A stretch of 64,000 nucleotides of DNA from Longimicrobiales bacterium (GTDB taxonomy: Bacteria; Gemmatimonadota; Gemmatimonadetes; Longimicrobiales; Gaopeijiaceae), in assembly GCA_965248195.1 (NCBI GenBank), contig CBDFIQ010000001.1, positions 384,001 to 448,000 on the forward strand. Reading direction: 5' to 3'. The translations under genes and the position numbers were made by a program. The notes beneath the pieces are model-generated. The model saw only the letters and a program-made list of their open reading frames with translations. It searched no databases and was not told the origin of the DNA. Positions 55,547 through 64,000 of the stretch are shown piece by piece. Within the stretch, counting starts at the first letter, position 1; each line of letters begins with the position of its first letter.

Positions 55547-56539
55547 ATGTCACGATTGATCTTGTCCCTGGCTTTGTCGCTGGCGCCTCTCAGCATGAAC
55601 GCTCTCAGCGCCCAGACCTGTGACCCAGATGGTACCGTGAAGTTCGTGTGCGGTACCACCAACCCGGAAGACCTTTTCCTCGTTCCGGGTACCCCCTGGG
55701 TGATCGCTTCTGGACGATACTCCGATTCGGAAGGCCCGATCTACGCGGTCGACGCTCGTGATCACAGCGCCCGGGAAATCTTTCCCGCGGGCAGATTGCC
55801 ACCGCAGCACGAGAGGGACACCTATCGAGCCTGCCCTGGGCCGAACACCGTGTTTCAACCACACGGACTGACCCTGCGGGAAGGCAGCGGCAGCGTGCAT
55901 ACGCTATACGTGGTTGGCCATGGCGCGCGCGAAGCCATCGAGGTCTTTGAACTGGATGCCAGTGGCGCCCTTCCCACTATGAAATGGATCGGTTGTATCC
56001 CTGCGCCGGAAGGCACCCGGCGCATCAACTCCATTACGGCCTTGCCCGGCGGCTATCTCGGAGCCACCAATTTCGACACCACCGGCGGAGAACTCTGGGA
56101 ATGGCACCCCACGACTGGCTGGATCGAAGTGCCGGGCAGCCAGATGCGCGGTCCTAATGGCCTGGTTTCCTCTGATGACGGGCGATGGTTTTACATCGGC
56201 GGCTGGAGTGACCAGGCACTGGTGCGACTGTCGCGTGGCCAAACCCCGGTGCGAGTCGATCCGATCCTTGTTGGCTTCAACGTCGACAACGTGCGCTGGG
56301 GACCCGATGGCAAGGTGATCGTCGCCGGTCACGTGACTCGTTGTGAAGGGTCCGACCCCTGTGAACTGGCTGCCGCCCGCGTCGCCGAGGTCGATCCGAA
56401 CACGTTTGCTGTCCGGCAGTTGGTCGACTACAAGGGCAATGATTTTTTCAAGCTTGGAACCGTGGCGATCGACGTAAGTGACGAGATCTGGATTGGTGGC
56501 ATCAACGGCAGCTATGGAATCGCCCGCTTTCCACGGTAA
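55547..56539 (+). CDS. Six-bladed beta-propeller, paraoxonase/SMP-30-like
   Basis: Signal peptide; 'NPEDL', 'FQPHGL', 'GPNGL', 'VDNVRW'. Confidence 0.8.
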   Translation: MSRLILSLALSLAPLSMNALSAQTCDPDGTVKFVCGTTNPEDLFLVPGTPWVIASGRYSDSEGPIYAVDARDHSAREIFPAGRLPPQHERDTYRACPGPNTVFQPHGLTLREGSGSVHTLYVVGHGAREAIEVFELDASGALPTMKWIGCIPAPEGTRRINSITALPGGYLGATNFDTTGGELWEWHPTTGWIEVPGSQMRGPNGLVSSDDGRWFYIGGWSDQALVRLSRGQTPVRVDPILVGFNVDNVRWGPDGKVIVAGHVTRCEGSDPCELAAARVAEVDPNTFAVRQLVDYKGNDFFKLGTVAIDVSDEIWIGGINGSYGIARFPR

Positions 56540-56552
56540 GCGGGTCGAGTCC

Positions 56553-56594
56553 GATCCCCTGGCTTCGCGTCTTCGTGGAAGGCGTGGTGATCGT
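56553..56594 (+). repeat. Repeat B (42 bp, encodes IPWLRVFVEGVVIV)
   Basis: Identical at 57841-57882 and 62437-62478. Confidence 0.92.
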
Positions 56595-56719
56595 TGGTTC
56601 GATTCTGATGGCGTTCGGGATCTGATCGTCACGCTGGGGCTACCGGGGGTGTTGCTGAAGTGGATCCGATGTCGTCTGGGGTGGTGCCGTCCCCGTGATT
56701 TTCCGCGTATGTTGCGGGC

Positions 56720-57238
56720 ATGACCAATAACAGGGTCTACATACTGCTTACGCTGCTCCTCGCCGCGTGCTCGACGAGCACCCCCGTGGAGGTTGGGTCA
56801 ACCGCGCTCCTCACGACCAACCCCGCAGCCGGAACTGCGGGCGTTGATGTCAAGGCTCAGATCGAGGTGCGGTTCGATTCCCCGATCGCGTCTGGAGCCG
56901 GACACCCCATAGCCCTCCAGGTCGGAGACTGCCCCGGACCGGTCGTAGCGGGTACGTGGTCGAGGACCGCTGACGGCATGGGGCTGAGGTTCACGTCGAC
57001 GCAACCCCTCGATCAGTCCACTCGGTACACCATCCACGTGGGTGGTGGCCTGACAGATGCCGACGGGGCCATCATCAACCTCGACCTCAACGGCCTCGCA
57101 CTCGGTGGAACGTGGGTGACGCTCGACATGGTTATGGGCATGACCGGCATGGGCATGGGCCAGTCACACAGTGGGCCGGAGTGGCTCTACCTGAACGGGA
57201 TGTACGGGCTCGCTTTCGCTTTCAACACGGGACCGTAG
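56720..57238 (+). CDS. Ig-like (Big_5-type) domain lipoprotein with Met-rich tail
   Basis: Lipobox 'LAAC'; 'IEVRFDSPI', 'PLDQSTRYTIHV'. Confidence 0.75.
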   Translation: MTNNRVYILLTLLLAACSTSTPVEVGSTALLTTNPAAGTAGVDVKAQIEVRFDSPIASGAGHPIALQVGDCPGPVVAGTWSRTADGMGLRFTSTQPLDQSTRYTIHVGGGLTDADGAIINLDLNGLALGGTWVTLDMVMGMTGMGMGQSHSGPEWLYLNGMYGLAFAFNTGP

Positions 57239-57318
57239 CGGAAACCGACGGCGCTCCTTTCTCGCTCGACGCGCCGACTGGTTAGGGAACCGTCTCATCT
57301 GAGAAAAGAGGGATTGAA

Positions 57319-57813
57319 ATGAGCGTTACTGATGAGCTGTTGAGGAACAACGACACCTACGCCGAAGCGTTCGACAAGGGCGAGCTGCCTATGCCGCCGT
57401 CCCGTCAGGTTGCGGTGGTGGCCTGCATGGACGCCCGGCTCGATGTCTATCGGATCCTTGGACTCGAGCTCGGGGAGGCCCATGTGATTCGGAACGCTGG
57501 CGGGGTGATCACTGATGACGCGATCCGGTCGCTCGTCATCTCTCAACGCCTGCTCGCGACCCGGGAGATCATCCTGATCCATCACACGGACTGCGGCATG
57601 CTCACCTTCCGGGATGACGAAGTCAAAGCCGCGATCACCGAGGATGTGGGCGTGAGACCTCCGTTCGCTTTAGAGGCATTCCCCGACGCGCGGGAGGACG
57701 TGCGGCAGTCGCTCAGACGTGTGAGATCGAACCCCTTTCTCCCCCACAGCGAGGCGGTACGCGGCTTCGTCTTCGACGTGAAGACCGGTAAGCTGCGAGA
57801 GGTGACTGACTGA
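57319..57813 (+). CDS. Beta-carbonic anhydrase (clade D-like)
   Basis: 'ACMDAR', 'RNAGG', 'HHTDCG'. Confidence 0.93.
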   Translation: MSVTDELLRNNDTYAEAFDKGELPMPPSRQVAVVACMDARLDVYRILGLELGEAHVIRNAGGVITDDAIRSLVISQRLLATREIILIHHTDCGMLTFRDDEVKAAITEDVGVRPPFALEAFPDAREDVRQSLRRVRSNPFLPHSEAVRGFVFDVKTGKLREVTD

Positions 57814-57840
57814 AGGAGCGGGTGGGCAATTGACTCGCCA

Positions 57841-57882
57841 GATCCCCTGGCTTCGCGTCTTCGTGGAAGGCGTGGTGATCGT
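57841..57882 (+). repeat. Repeat B, preceded by a kinase-end remnant (ERVGN*, 57816-57833)
   Basis: Identical 42 bp; TTG start overlaps the remnant stop as at 62426. Confidence 0.92.
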
Positions 57883-57962
57883 CGGCTCTATCCTGCCGAA
57901 GAGCATGTAGTATGCCATTGACCTCTCGGACGTCGGGGACACTGACCGGGTGAGCTTAAGTC

Positions 57963-59543
57963 ATGCATAAAGAGCAAGATCCGAAGCGATTGACTGGGGG
58001 AAAGAAGGAGCTGTTGTCGATTTTGGATCGATTCGAGTCAGCCATCGTTAGCATGAAAGGCCGTTCGATCACCACGTTTGCCCTGCTGAAGCGCCTGCGG
58101 CCCCTCCGCGCCCTCGTAGTATTCGCGGTGGCCTGTAGCGACACTGCGCAGATTACGCAACCCGAAGCCAGAGGGTCCTCACTGTTCAGCACTAGTCCAG
58201 CATCGAAAGCCAGCGGGGCTAGCTTCCGGTCGGTGAGCGCCAGCTCCTTGCACAGCTGCGCTGTGACGAAAGCGGGGGGCGCATACTGCTGGGGCCAGAA
58301 CGGCGATGGCCGTCTCGGGGACGGCACGAACACGGCCAGTAGCGTGCCGGTACCGGTCTCGGGCGGGCACAAATTCCTGTCGGTGAGTGCGGGCTCCTTG
58401 CACAGCTGCGCTGTGACGACAGCGGGGGACGCATACTGCTGGGGCTCTAACGCCGATGGCCGTCTCGGGGACGGCACGAACATGGACAGCAACGAGCCGG
58501 TGCAAGTCTTGGGGGGAAACACCTTCCGGTCGGTGAGCGTTGGCGGCTGGCATAGCTGCGGGGTGACCGCTGCCAGGGACGCCTACTGCTGGGGCTCTAA
58601 CAGCACCGGCGCGCTCGGGGACGGCACGTTCACGACCAGCAACAAGCCGGTAGCGGTATCGGGCGGGCGCAGCTTCCGATCCGTGAACACCGGCGTGCGC
58701 CACAGCTGCGGTGTGACGACCGCGCGGGTCGCCTACTGCTGGGGCTTAAACGGCAGTGGTCGGCTCGGGGACGGGACGGACACGTTCCCGGCCGAGAACG
58801 AGCCGGTGGCGGTCTCAGGCGAGTATACCTTCCAAACGGTGACCGCCGGCGGCGACCACAGCTGCGGGGTGACGACGGAGGAAGCCGCCTTTTGCTGGGG
58901 TGAGAACGAGGATTTCGGCCAGCTCGGGGACAACACGGAAACGAACAGCAGCGTGCCGGTACCGGTCTCGGGCGGGCACAAATTCCTGTCGGTGAGTGCG
59001 GGCTCCTTGCACAGCTGCGCTGTGACGACAGCGGGGGACGCATACTGCTGGGGCTCGGGCGGGGCTGGCCAACTCGGGGACGGCACGAACAATAGCAACG
59101 GCGAGCCGACGGCGGTCTTAGGCGAACTCACCTTCGAGTCGGTGAGCCCCGCTCTCGCCCACACGTGCGGGCTCACCACCGGCGGAGCGGCCTACTGTTG
59201 GGGCTGGAACGGCGATGGCCGTCTCGGGGACGGCACGAACACGAACAGCAATGTGCCGATCCTTGTCGAGCTCACACTCCCTACGCCCCAGCACGAGCTC
59301 GACCTCTTGATCGACGACGTACAGGCCCTGGTCGATGCTGGCGTCTTGCTGCCGTCAGCGCAGGCGAACGGGTTGTTCGCCAAACTCAATGCCGCTATCG
59401 ACGCTCTGGAAAAGGGTAACACTAGGGCTGCTATCCAGCTCCTTGGGGCGTTCATCCAAGAAGTTCACCAAATCCTCTCGCCACAGTACGGCCAGCCACT
59501 AATCGACACCGCGCAGAGCATCATTGACCAGTTGAGGCCGTGA
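57963..59543 (+). CDS. RCC1-repeat beta-propeller lipoprotein with helical C-terminal domain (start may be 58053)
   Basis: Seven 'H(S/T)C.....AYCWG....G.LGDGT'-type repeats; 'AVAC' lipobox. Confidence 0.92.
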   Translation: MHKEQDPKRLTGGKKELLSILDRFESAIVSMKGRSITTFALLKRLRPLRALVVFAVACSDTAQITQPEARGSSLFSTSPASKASGASFRSVSASSLHSCAVTKAGGAYCWGQNGDGRLGDGTNTASSVPVPVSGGHKFLSVSAGSLHSCAVTTAGDAYCWGSNADGRLGDGTNMDSNEPVQVLGGNTFRSVSVGGWHSCGVTAARDAYCWGSNSTGALGDGTFTTSNKPVAVSGGRSFRSVNTGVRHSCGVTTARVAYCWGLNGSGRLGDGTDTFPAENEPVAVSGEYTFQTVTAGGDHSCGVTTEEAAFCWGENEDFGQLGDNTETNSSVPVPVSGGHKFLSVSAGSLHSCAVTTAGDAYCWGSGGAGQLGDGTNNSNGEPTAVLGELTFESVSPALAHTCGLTTGGAAYCWGWNGDGRLGDGTNTNSNVPILVELTLPTPQHELDLLIDDVQALVDAGVLLPSAQANGLFAKLNAAIDALEKGNTRAAIQLLGAFIQEVHQILSPQYGQPLIDTAQSIIDQLRP

Positions 59544-59570
59544 GGGTTGCTGAGTCGACCTTCGACTCCT

Positions 59571-59601
59571 AGCCCCGAGCGTCCCAGCGGCGTTCGGGGC
59601 T
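59571..59601 (+). terminator. Hairpin terminator after the RCC1 gene
   Basis: AGCCCCGAGCGTC / GGCGTTCGGGGCT stem followed by a short T run. Confidence 0.55.
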
Positions 59602-59874
59602 TTCGCTTCGCTGGGCTCCGTGAGCGTGATCATCACATCCATGATCTTCGCGCTGGGGCTGCCGTCACTGTTGATCTAGACTCGAACATAAGCACCCCAT
59701 AGCGCCCCTCTAAGCCACGAAACCACTCCAGCCTAACCAGAAGAGCGTCACCGCCACTAGCGCGGATGCCCGAGTCACGTTCACCGATGGGCTCTTCATC
59801 GAGCCAAGCTAGGGCTCCTCGAATCGAGCGGATAGATCGGCTCTGCCGGCCCGAAGCACTCGGCCCGACAGGCC

Positions 59875-59910
59875 TCTGCTTGCGCCTACCGGCCCGCTCT
59901 CGGATGTTGA
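59875..59910 (+). repeat. Repeat A copy 3, with gene X 3' fragment at about 59601-59682
   Basis: Identical to copy 4. Confidence 0.9.
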
Positions 59911-60039
59911 CCTCGGTCTGATCCCGGAGTGCGCGAGTGACGGCCCACCCTAAACTCGCGCGTGCTTCGATCCGAGACCCCCAGCTGGTGAGGGGTGCAG
60001 GCACTATAAACAGTTATGAACAGCCACGGTTAGGAGTAA

Positions 60040-62247
60040 GTGATGAAACGAGAGAACCGACGACCGGGCTTGGTATGCATCACCTCGGCCGCTCTGGTCG
60101 TGTTCGCCGGTGTGTTCGTTCCGCGGTCCGCGGCTTTTGCTCAACAGGCCTCCTATACGGATCAGCAGGCGAATAGTGGGGCTTCAATTTATCAGGCGGC
60201 GTGCGGCGCCTGCCATCTCACTGATCTGCTGGGCGGCACCGCGCCCCAGCTCGCGGGAACCAACTTCCGTAACACTTGGGGGGGTCGGCGCGTCTCACAG
60301 GTGCTGCTGTACATACGCTCTTCCATGCCGCCCGGCGGTGAAGGGTCGCTGAGCGACGAGGAGTACTCCGCCATAACCGCGTACATCATGAGCCAGAACG
60401 GAGTCGACCCGGGCACGACTCCTTTGAGCTTCGCGTCGGAGGGGGGATTGGCGATGGCCGAGGGGGCCGTGCTGGCCGCCGGCGGCAACACACCCATTCC
60501 CGGTGTTGCGGGTTCGATCCCCTCGCCAGGGGGCAGAAACGCCGTTCCCCCATATGGCGGGCTGTCCGAGACTCCCACCGGAGTTACCCGGACGTTTAGA
60601 AGATTGGAAGGGTTCACGCCGGTTACCGACGCAGAGCTCAGAAACCCACCAGACGGCGAATGGCTCAGCCCGCGGGGAAACCTGGGCTCGTGGGGCTATA
60701 GCCCGCTGAGTCAGATCACCACCGAGAATGTCCATCGCCTCGAGCTCGCCTGGGTCTGGGGGATGGAGGATGGCACCCGGAGTCAGCCGGCGCCGTTGAT
60801 TCGAGACGGAGTCATGTTCCTGCCGAACTGGGGCAACACGATTCAGGCACTCGACGCTGCCACGGGAGATCTTCTCTGGGAGTACCGCCGAAATTTCCCC
60901 GAGGGCATGAGTCGCGGCCGCGGCCGGGTTCGGACCCTGGCGATTTGGGAGGACATGATCTACGTGTCCACCAACGATGCCCAAGTGATCGCTCTGGATG
61001 CCCGGACCGGTGTGCTTCGGTGGGAAGCCAAGCTCGCCGAGCCGAACCTGGGCTACGAGAACTCGAGCGGCCCGGTCATCGCCAACGGCAAGATCATCAA
61101 TGGCATCAACGGCTGTACCCGTTTGATCCCGGAGAGCTGCTTCATCACCGCGCACGATGCCCGGTTCGGGGATGAGCTCTGGCGCACTTTCACGATCGCG
61201 CGCCCAGGCGAGCCCGGCGGAGACACGTGGGGTGGACTTCCTTTTGAGCTGCGTGGCGGGGGCGACGTCTGGAATATCGGGAGCTACGACCCGGAGTTGG
61301 GGCTCGTGTACTTCGGCGCGTCCCAAATGAAGCCGCGGGCGCCGGTGAGTCGGGGGACCGTCCGGACCGAGGCGGATTCGATCCTATACAGCAGCTCGAC
61401 GCTGGCGTTAGATGAGAACACCGGACGTATCGTATGGTACCGGCAGTACGTTCCGGACGAGTCACTCGATATGGACGAGGCCATGGAGCAGGTGCTGATC
61501 GACATCGATGGCCAGCCAACGCTCTTTCAGATCGGAAAGCACGGCATCCTCTGGAAGCTGGACCGCCGCGACGGCCGGTTTCTTGGCCTGAAGGAGACGG
61601 TCTTTCAAAACATTCTGGAGCTGAACTATGAGACCGGTACGAGCACGTATCGGCCGGACATCCGCGATGCACAGGTCGGCGAGTGGGTTTCGGTCTGCCC
61701 CTCCACGGCCGGGGGAAAAAATTGGCATGCGACCAGCTACCACCCGGAATCCGGCCTGATGGTTATCCCGCTCAGCCAGACCTGCATGGAGAGCGTTGCC
61801 AGCGAGATCGAAATGGTGTTGGGGGGCGGAGGCACCGGGCAAAGTCGGATGTGGTCGGAAATGCCCGGAACGAATGGGAACCTCGGAAAGCTCGCCGCCT
61901 ACGATGTCAGGACACTGGAGGAGGTCTGGAGCGTGGAGCAGCGGGCTCCATTCCTGACCTCGATTCTCACTACCGCTGGGGGGCTCGCCTTCGCTGGCGA
62001 TTATGACCGACGGGTTCGGGCGTATGACGTCACGACCGGTGAAACGTTGTGGGAGAGCCGCTTGGGCACCGCGGTTCAGGGCTTTCCAACCACTTACGAG
62101 GTCGACGGGGTGCAGTACCTCGCCGTACCCACTGGCGTGATTGGAGGGAGCCCATGGCGGGTTTCGACCTTCCTCGCGCCCGAGATCCTGATTCCGCCTG
62201 GTAACAGGCACAACGCGATGTACGTGTTCCGGCTGGGAGAGCTATGA
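60040..62247 (+). CDS. Cytochrome c-PQQ alcohol dehydrogenase-like fusion
   Basis: N-terminal 'CGACH'; 'YSPLSQI', '[13 protein letters not shown]', '[10 protein letters not shown]', 'DGVQYLAV'. Confidence 0.92.
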   Translation: MMKRENRRPGLVCITSAALVVFAGVFVPRSAAFAQQASYTDQQANSGASIYQAACGACHLTDLLGGTAPQLAGTNFRNTWGGRRVSQVLLYIRSSMPPGGEGSLSDEEYSAITAYIMSQNGVDPGTTPLSFASEGGLAMAEGAVLAAGGNTPIPGVAGSIPSPGGRNAVPPYGGLSETPTGVTRTFRRLEGFTPVTDAELRNPPDGEWLSPRGNLGSWGYSPLSQITTENVHRLELAWVWGMEDGTRSQPAPLIRDGVMFLPNWGNTIQALDAATGDLLWEYRRNFPEGMSRGRGRVRTLAIWEDMIYVSTNDAQVIALDARTGVLRWEAKLAEPNLGYENSSGPVIANGKIINGINGCTRLIPESCFITAHDARFGDELWRTFTIARPGEPGGDTWGGLPFELRGGGDVWNIGSYDPELGLVYFGASQMKPRAPVSRGTVRTEADSILYSSSTLALDENTGRIVWYRQYVPDESLDMDEAMEQVLIDIDGQPTLFQIGKHGILWKLDRRDGRFLGLKETVFQNILELNYETGTSTYRPDIRDAQVGEWVSVCPSTAGGKNWHATSYHPESGLMVIPLSQTCMESVASEIEMVLGGGGTGQSRMWSEMPGTNGNLGKLAAYDVRTLEEVWSVEQRAPFLTSILTTAGGLAFAGDYDRRVRAYDVTTGETLWESRLGTAVQGFPTTYEVDGVQYLAVPTGVIGGSPWRVSTFLAPEILIPPGNRHNAMYVFRLGEL

Positions 62248-62300
62248 CGTAGGGTTCCACGTGCTCGATCCCAACAACAAGTCTCGGCCTGGTACGGACC

Positions 62301-62429
62301 TGGGACATTCATCCCGACGGCTCGCGCTTCATCATGGTGGCTTCAGCCGGAGCCGGCGGAGGCGCCCTAACCGAGGTCTACCTGGTCACCAACTGGTTCG
62401 AGGAGCTTCGCGAGCGGATGGGAAATTGA
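62301..62429 (+). pseudogene. 3' fragment of a kinase/TolB-like propeller gene
   Basis: WDIHPDGSRFIMV...VYLVTNWFEELRERMGN*, the usual C-terminus of kinase-PD40 proteins. Confidence 0.7.
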
Positions 62430-62436
62430 AGGCTCA

Positions 62437-62478
62437 GATCCCCTGGCTTCGCGTCTTCGTGGAAGGCGTGGTGATCGT
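62437..62478 (+). repeat. Repeat B
   Basis: Identical 42 bp within MKAQIPWLRVFVEGVVIVG. Confidence 0.92.
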
Positions 62479-62561
62479 CGGCAAACTGAAGAACTAGCGG
62501 CCTCGCATTAGTCCCATCCAGCCACCGCACCGCCCAAGCATCACCCATAGCTTCACCGCGG

Positions 62562-63575
62562 CTAGTTCCCTCTCACCCAGTAGAGGCAGCCGGGCCCGGC
62601 GCCGTCGCCCATCGGGATCTCGTGGGTAACCTCGAGCGTATTCAGATCCACGACGGCCACCCGGTCCGCGGCCCGCAGCCCCAGATAGGCGTGTCTGCCG
62701 TCTGGGGCCACCAACAAAGCGCCGTCCCCCAGGTCGCCGGAGCCGAGGGACACTCGGGTGATCTCCGTGCGAGACGCCGCGTCCATGACGACGAGGGTTG
62801 CCGCCTCGCCGTCGATGATCAGTGCCCGACCGTCCGGCGTGAACTTAAGGCGATTCGCGTCTTCGAGGCCCAGGTCGAGCGTCTCGACGACGGCTCGGCT
62901 GGCGACATCGATGATTGACACTCCACCGTCGTTCCGGGTTGCGGTCCAGATTTCTCGGCCATCCGGTGACAGATCGATGCCTTCAGGCCGTTCACCCGGC
63001 ACCGGAATCACGGTTAGCCTCGACGCGGCGGGGCCTGCCGAGATGCGCTCGACCATGGTTACGGAATTCGAGCCAATGTTCGACATGAACATGGTGTCGG
63101 TGTCGCGGTCGAGGACGAGCAGGTGGGTGCCGTCCTGGCCAATCTCAAGCGTCCACTCGATCGCGTCGGTCGATGGATTGTAGCGCCCGATCGACTTGTA
63201 GCCTTCGATGGTGAAGTACACCTTGCCGTCGGCAAAGAGCACATCATGCGTCCGGCTGCCGGGGCCAGGGTCGACTCGCCGGACTTCCGTTTGCGCGGTC
63301 AGGTCAATGACTGAAATCCCGTCCACCATGCTGGCCACGAACGCCCACCGGCCGTCGGCGGATGCGGTGACCTCGTGCGGATCTCGGCCCGTCGGCACGC
63401 GTCCCAGCTCCGTCCCGCTGGCCGGATCGACAATCGCCAGCGCGCTGGCGTCTCGGAGCAACACGAGAAGTCGTCCGGATGTCGGTGACTGGGCGCTGAC
63501 CGCGGCATGCCCAAGGACCAGCGCGCCGAGCGCTACCAACGCGACCCGTCGGAGCACCGTGCTCACTGAGTGCAT
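62562..63575 (-). CDS. YncE/YVTN-type beta-propeller protein, secreted
   Basis: 'PTGRDPHEV..SADGR', 'PEGIDLSPDGREIW', 'RLKFTPDG'; GGAGG RBS. Confidence 0.88.
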   Translation of the reverse strand: MHSVSTVLRRVALVALGALVLGHAAVSAQSPTSGRLLVLLRDASALAIVDPASGTELGRVPTGRDPHEVTASADGRWAFVASMVDGISVIDLTAQTEVRRVDPGPGSRTHDVLFADGKVYFTIEGYKSIGRYNPSTDAIEWTLEIGQDGTHLLVLDRDTDTMFMSNIGSNSVTMVERISAGPAASRLTVIPVPGERPEGIDLSPDGREIWTATRNDGGVSIIDVASRAVVETLDLGLEDANRLKFTPDGRALIIDGEAATLVVMDAASRTEITRVSLGSGDLGDGALLVAPDGRHAYLGLRAADRVAVVDLNTLEVTHEIPMGDGAGPGCLYWVRGN

Positions 63576-63729
63576 CTGATACCTCCGTGTGTGCTGAGGT
63601 GGCTCTGTGGTGACGCCGACCACACGACTGCTGACAATACAGCCTACCACCGCATCCGGCCCGCGGGTCCAATGCAGTATGTGCGGGCCGCGCACTCTTC
63701 TGCGAAGAGGGTCCAGCGGATCCTCCTCT

Positions 63730-63877
63730 CCGCCTCCTCCTGCGCATGAACAACGGCATCGGCTTCCTGCTCCGCATCACCGACGTTGAGAAGCAGCCCT
63801 TCCGCTCGATGGGCTTCGTGAGCGTGATCATCACATCCGTGATCTTCGCGCTGGGACTCCCACTCGTGCTGCTCTAG
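63730..63877 (+). pseudogene. 3' fragment of a membrane protein gene (gene X)
   Basis: RLLLRMNNGIGFLLRITDVEKQPFRSMGFVSVIITSVIFALGLPLVLL*; shorter copies at 25021 and 59601. Confidence 0.6.
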
Positions 63878-63882
63878 ACTCC

Positions 63883-63918
63883 TCTGCTTGCGCCTACCGG
63901 CCCGCTCTCGGATGTTGA
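63883..63918 (+). repeat. Repeat A copy 4
   Basis: 36-bp core upstream of the kinase start. Confidence 0.9.
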
Positions 63919-63953
63919 ACGCGGTCTGATCCTCTGATACCGAGGACCGCACA

Positions 63954-64000
63954 ATGTCCGATCCCGTCACCCGTCTCAACGCAGCCCTCGAAGGCCGCTA
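63954..64000 (+). CDS. Start of a Ser/Thr protein kinase gene (runs off the window; may be intact or another fragment)
   Basis: GAGGA RBS; MSDPVTRLNAALEGRY, matching 54172. Confidence 0.7.
   Translation, partial: MSDPVTRLNAALEGR

Noticed and set aside
25067..63918. Repeats A (36 bp) and B (42 bp) as a CRISPR array
   Set aside because: Copies are separated by 1-29 kb of whole genes rather than 30-40 bp spacers, and no cas genes are present
54110..63920. Repeats A/B as classical integron attC sites
   Set aside because: GTTRRRY matches only two of four A copies, there is no RYYYAAC inverse core, similarity continues past the GTT, and no intI is in the window

Overview
High-GC bacterial DNA in two parts. 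The host is probably Gemmatimonadota, inferred from protein family style only. (1) Positions 1 to about 20,260 are a lambda-like prophage segment, almost entirely on the minus strand. It holds the head and packaging genes (head-tail joining protein, S49 protease-major capsid fusion, lambda-type portal, gpW-like protein, large and small terminase, a recognisable lambda-like cos region), a promoter/terminator leader and a small accessory (moron) region. It also holds a type II R-M pair flanked by a 26-bp duplication, a degenerate dual-frame C5 methyltransferase, a DnaB-like helicase and replication initiator with iteron-like repeats, a C4-type antisense RNA switch, a J-domain protein and an RNA ligase. 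The prophage ends abruptly with no integrase or repressor in view. (2) From about 20,360 to 64,000 is a long run of mostly stand-alone genes for exported enzymes and beta-propellers (PQQ dehydrogenases, NHL, FG-GAP, RCC1, Gfo/Idh/MocA, hydrolases), many with Tat signals. The most unusual signal is in the intergenic DNA. It repeatedly contains same-orientation fragments of one locus: 3' end of gene X, a 36-bp promoter-like core, the start and end of a Ser/Thr kinase gene, and the start of gene Y with an invariant hairpin-like 42-bp core. These fragments bracket unrelated cargo genes like cassette anchors, and no recombinase is present in the window. All family assignments come from motif recognition by eye; no database searches were run.
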